DNA from: Gemmatimonadales bacterium
Lineage (GTDB): Bacteria; Gemmatimonadota; Gemmatimonadetes; Palauibacterales; Palauibacteraceae
Reading direction: 5' to 3'
NCBI GenBank assembly: GCA_037385645.1
Contig: JARRMU010000016.1
Coordinates: 1 to 62,421 of the forward strand
Length of the DNA stretch: 62,421 nt
Both the position numbers and the translations under genes were made by a program. Shown here in pieces: positions 59,196 to 62,421 of this stretch. Below the pieces are notes generated by a model. It was given only the letters and a program-made list of their open reading frames with translations. It ran no database searches and was not told the origin of the DNA. The first letter of the stretch is position 1; every line of letters begins with the position of its first letter.

Positions 59196-59316
59196 ACACG
59201 ACCTCCACATCATCGCGGGGTGACTCGGCCCGGAGAGCGGGCTCACTTTGCCTACGGATGATCGGCCAGCGGTTGGCAGCGCAGGGCCGACCTGCCGCGT
59301 ATGATGGGAGGCTACG

Positions 59317-59344
59317 GTAACTGTTTTGTAACATATACGTCACA
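59317..59344 (-). promoter_or_regulatory. Candidate Pho box: three direct hexamer repeats at exactly 11-bp spacing
   Basis: The minus strand reads TGTGAC-GTATA-TGTTAC-AAAAC-AGTTAC. It sits in an AT-rich island about 120-150 bp upstream of the porin-pstSCAB-phoU operon. Confidence 0.5.
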
Positions 59345-59459
59345 CTACGGAATAGATCGCGACCGACGCACGTCGTTCCATGCTAGCAGCGGCGTGTCCC
59401 AGCAAGGCCAACGGATGGGTAACGAAGTCGCAACAGGCGGCTTCTGCCTTCGCCACGAC

Positions 59460-61226
59460 TCAGACTCCTGGTGCTTCCTCTTCGGGGGACGTGGCTTCGG
59501 TCTTGGGGACGACGGTCGTGGCCGTCGCCTTGCTCGGGACCGGGATCGTGAACCATACAGTCGTTCCTGCTCCTATGTCGCTCACGATGCCGACGTCGCC
59601 CCCCTGCGCTTTGACGAGGTGCTTTACGATCGAGAGGCCGAGGCCCGTTCCGCCTTGCTCGCGCGATCGGGCCGGGTCGACCCGGTAGAAGCGCTCGAAG
59701 ACGCGCTCCTGGTGCACGGGCGGTATGCCCGGGCCGGAGTCGGTGATCTGTACGCGCAGGCCGCTCGCCTCCTTCTCGGCTCTAACCTCGATCTCGGAGC
59801 CGTCGGGAGCATACCGAGCCGCGTTCTCCAGGAGGTTACGCAGGATTTGCAGGAACGCCCCCGCGTCAGCCTGCGCGAGCAGCGTCTCCTCCGGCTCGAT
59901 CACCAGACGGATTCTTCGGCGCTCCGGGCCGGACGCGAGCGATGCCCAGACTTCGCGCACCGCCGCACCGACGTCCAACTCCTCCGGAACCGGCCGCCAG
60001 CTTCCCGTCTCGATCCGGGACAGATCCAGGAGGTCATCGACCAGCCTGCGCATCCGCTGAGCGGCGTGCAGGATCCGTCGGCCGAACGCGCTGGCCTCGT
60101 CAGGTCCGACATTTCCATCGGCGATGGGCTCGGCGAAGCCCATAACGGTCGTGAGTGGTGTCTTTAGCTCGTGTGAGACGTTGGCGACGAAGTCGCGCCT
60201 CACCCCCTCCAAGTGTCGGAGAGCCGTAAGATCCCTTAGCACGAGCAGGGCACCGTTGCCGTGCGGCAGTCCGGACACGAGCAGCGTTCGCTCGCGGCGC
60301 TGGGCTTCCAGATCCACGTGGTTGCCGGCGATCGCCACATCCGCCGCGCGTCGGACTTCGGCGGACCGGAAGAGCGAGGTGAGCCGCTCGCCCTCGATGT
60401 CTCCGCGGCCGACGATCTCCTTGAAGGCCCGGTTGGCCCGCAGCACGACCTGCTGGTCATCCAGTACGGCCAGCCCGTCCTCCAGGCTCTCGAACAGCGC
60501 ATCCAGATCGGCCTTTTCTCTCCGAAAGTCCGCCACCACCGTCTCGATACGGTCGGCCATGTCGTCGATCGAACGGCTCAGAGCGCCGAGCTCACCGGGC
60601 TCCGTCGATCGGCTCCGACGAGACAGATCTCCGGCGGTGATGGCCTCGGCCGTCTCACGGATCCCCCCGAGGGCGCGGGCCAGCATGTTCGTGACCAGCC
60701 TACTGAGGCCGAACACGAGCAGGAGCGTAAGGAGGGCCCCGACGGCGAGGATACCTCTGGTCCTCGCGACGATCGACGTCTGCTCGCCCGTCGATCTGGA
60801 TACGCGGACGACGCCGAGTGGGTGAGGAAGGGCCAAATATAGCAGCTTAAGGCTCACGGTCTGGCTCGGTCGAGAGGCGACGCCTTCGCGACCCGCCAGC
60901 GCCGAGCGTACCTCCGGCCGATCGGCGTGGTTCTCCACGGAGGGGAGTCGCTGCGCGGGCACCTCGGAATCCCCGAGAACGGTCCCATCTCGCCCGATCA
61001 ATGTCACCCGGATGGCGGTACCGGCGGCAAGGCGATCCGCAAGGGAGTCGGAGAAGGCTTGACGGCCGATACCGTGAACGACGAGCTGGGCGGCATCCCG
61101 TAGCTGGTCTCTGGAAGCGGCGTCGATGCCGGAGCGCAGCCGTGCATCCACCAGCCACGAGAGAATCAGGAATGCCACGGCCAGGGCGGCGACGAGAATC
61201 AGGCCGATTTTTTGATTCAGGCGCAA
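59460..61226 (-). CDS. phoR: PhoR-like sensor histidine kinase (2 TM, periplasmic domain, HAMP, PAS, HisKA, HATPase_c)
   Basis: SHELKTPLT H-box, LLENAARYAP N-box, DSGPGIP and GGTGLGLSIV G-boxes. Directly upstream of the pst operon on the same strand. Confidence 0.8.
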   Translation of the reverse strand: MRLNQKIGLILVAALAVAFLILSWLVDARLRSGIDAASRDQLRDAAQLVVHGIGRQAFSDSLADRLAAGTAIRVTLIGRDGTVLGDSEVPAQRLPSVENHADRPEVRSALAGREGVASRPSQTVSLKLLYLALPHPLGVVRVSRSTGEQTSIVARTRGILAVGALLTLLLVFGLSRLVTNMLARALGGIRETAEAITAGDLSRRSRSTEPGELGALSRSIDDMADRIETVVADFRREKADLDALFESLEDGLAVLDDQQVVLRANRAFKEIVGRGDIEGERLTSLFRSAEVRRAADVAIAGNHVDLEAQRRERTLLVSGLPHGNGALLVLRDLTALRHLEGVRRDFVANVSHELKTPLTTVMGFAEPIADGNVGPDEASAFGRRILHAAQRMRRLVDDLLDLSRIETGSWRPVPEELDVGAAVREVWASLASGPERRRIRLVIEPEETLLAQADAGAFLQILRNLLENAARYAPDGSEIEVRAEKEASGLRVQITDSGPGIPPVHQERVFERFYRVDPARSREQGGTGLGLSIVKHLVKAQGGDVGIVSDIGAGTTVWFTIPVPSKATATTVVPKTEATSPEEEAPGV

Positions 61227-61396
61227 AGCTTCCCTCGGAGTCGCGAGCTTGCCAGAACGGCTCCGTATCTCGGCCGCTACGTGGCTCTCATGAACGTGGA
61301 AGATAGACTGGACCGAAGAGTCAGCAAGCGCGGCCCTGGGATCCGTCCGGCCGGGGCGTTGGTGCGGGTGAGGGCCCTACGGAGCGATATGAGGGC

Positions 61397-61915
61397 TCAG
61401 TCCTTCGAGGAGTCTTCTTCCGATTCTGTCGGGGCCGATCCGCTGACGAGGTCCTTCCAGAGACCCATGAGGTGCTCATCGAAGCGGCTCGGATCGGCGG
61501 TGTATTCGCGCGCCCACGTCTGCAGATCCGGGAGCGGGACGCTCTGCTCCAGCTTGCTCGTGACCAGGCGGACCATCGTCTGAAAGTTCAGAGTACCGAC
61601 CTGGAGATTGGCTTCGCGAGCCGCTTCTTCGACGAGTCGGTAGATCCTCTCCTCGGAGAGGGATAGAAACACCTCGGTGAGGCGGGCGGAGCAGAAGTCG
61701 AGGTACTTCGCCCGAAGTACTTCGTCGATTCCGTCGCCGGAATTCAGGCCCGCGGCTCGTTCAGCGCCACCGACCGGATCGTGGCTCAAGAGGACGGGTC
61801 CTCCCGGAGTTCGCGGGTTCAGGGGGCTGCACCCATCGTAAGAAATAGGCGCACACGCCCCGGGAGTGTCAAGTTGGCGGATCCGCCGACCGCTTGGCGG
61901 CCGGACGAGGACCAC
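61397..61915 (-). CDS. Hypothetical protein; acidic C-terminus, start uncertain
   Basis: ORF only. The C-terminal 125 aa or so look protein-like (EERIYRLVEEAAREANLQVGTLNFQTMVRLV...). A TTG at about 61782 preceded by GGGAGGA is an alternative start. No receiver or HTH motif recognised. Confidence 0.35.
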   Translation of the reverse strand: MVLVRPPSGRRIRQLDTPGACAPISYDGCSPLNPRTPGGPVLLSHDPVGGAERAAGLNSGDGIDEVLRAKYLDFCSARLTEVFLSLSEERIYRLVEEAAREANLQVGTLNFQTMVRLVTSKLEQSVPLPDLQTWAREYTADPSRFDEHLMGLWKDLVSGSAPTESEEDSSKD

Positions 61916-62421
61916 GGGAGGCGGTCCGTCCGGGTAGGACGGGAACGCCTCCGCTACGTGATCTACGGCCTCCGCTTAAAGGCTGGCGGCGAAGCCCGCG
62001 TCGCTTCGGAGGGTGCGTTGGAGCTCCTCGAAGATGGTACGGCGGCAGAGTCCGTAAACGATGATGTCAGTTAGGAATTCCGGGTCCGTTTGGCGCACCT
62101 CCTCCACCTCGTCCACAGCCCTTCCGGTAGATTCACCACGAGTTCAACGGGTCGAGTATCCCTCCTGCGGCGAAGCATCTCCATCGCTAAAAAGTGAAGA
62201 ATTACAAGTATGACGCTTTTCTTGACCCGCCCGGCCTGACCGGCGGTGGCGGTGGTTCCTGAAGGCGATCAACTATATCATGATGCGTTTTCCCAAAGCA
62301 ACCCACACTCTTGGGTGATTGAACCGGGCTTGATCCTATAAGTGTAATCATGACACTGGCTTGATAATTTGTAGAAAACCCGGCTCTCGTCGTGGATTAC
62401 TGAGTCCGCGATCGTGCGTTG

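Noticed and set aside
61781-62074. 97-aa plus-strand ORF, and a roughly 40-codon minus-strand ORF (about 61976-62095, possible GTG start), near the right edge.
   Set aside because: The plus-strand ORF overlaps the 5' part of 61397..61915 and is Arg/Gly-rich. The minus-strand ORF has no ATG or RBS and is preceded by an in-frame stop. Coding evidence is insufficient.
1-62421. Searched for CRISPR arrays, transposases, integrases, phage genes, toxin-antitoxin pairs and known defence-system components (nucleases, STAND or AAA ATPases, reverse transcriptases, cyclases).
   Set aside because: No regularly spaced repeats and no proteins with such motifs were seen. Every ORF larger than about 200 aa that I accepted has a metabolic, transport, envelope or regulatory assignment, or is a plain hypothetical. 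The tRNA-Glu at 49663 is followed by a terminator and nadE, not an integrase.

Overview
High-GC (roughly two-thirds G+C by eye) bacterial chromosomal window. It is densely coding, with many 1-4 nt start/stop overlaps, and is almost entirely core metabolism and transport. I found no CRISPR array, transposase, integrase, phage gene or recognisable defence system. Main blocks, in order: (1) 1.4-15.4 kb, a same-strand supercluster joining hopanoid biosynthesis and export (shc, hpnH, hpnG, hpnN), FPP and squalene synthesis, IDI-2 and a mevalonate pathway that appears to be the phosphomevalonate-decarboxylase/isopentenyl-phosphate-kinase variant (no phosphomevalonate kinase in the window); (2) a fused E1 alpha-beta 2-oxoacid dehydrogenase, a thioesterase and two Tat-signal TldD/PmbA proteins; (3) an ion-transport block (SLC13 permease with four RCK_C domains, frameshifted kup, APC permease, ClC channel); (4) a lipoprotein whose His/Met spacing resembles the copper sites of PHM/DBH-type monooxygenases and which carries a Met/His-rich tail, the most novel-looking single gene; (5) lipA-pdhABC-lpdA-lipB, then sdaAB/sdaAA; (6) tRNA-Glu and a split NAD synthetase; (7) a Pho island (phoR, porin, pstSCAB-phoU, second porin) with a candidate Pho box. 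Three conserved genes carry clean lesions: shc (out-of-frame N-terminal deletion), kup (1-nt frameshift) and sdaAA (in-frame loss of about 51 aa including Fe-S cysteines). These indicate either assembly error or real gene decay. All family assignments come from motifs read by eye in the supplied translations; no database search was run.
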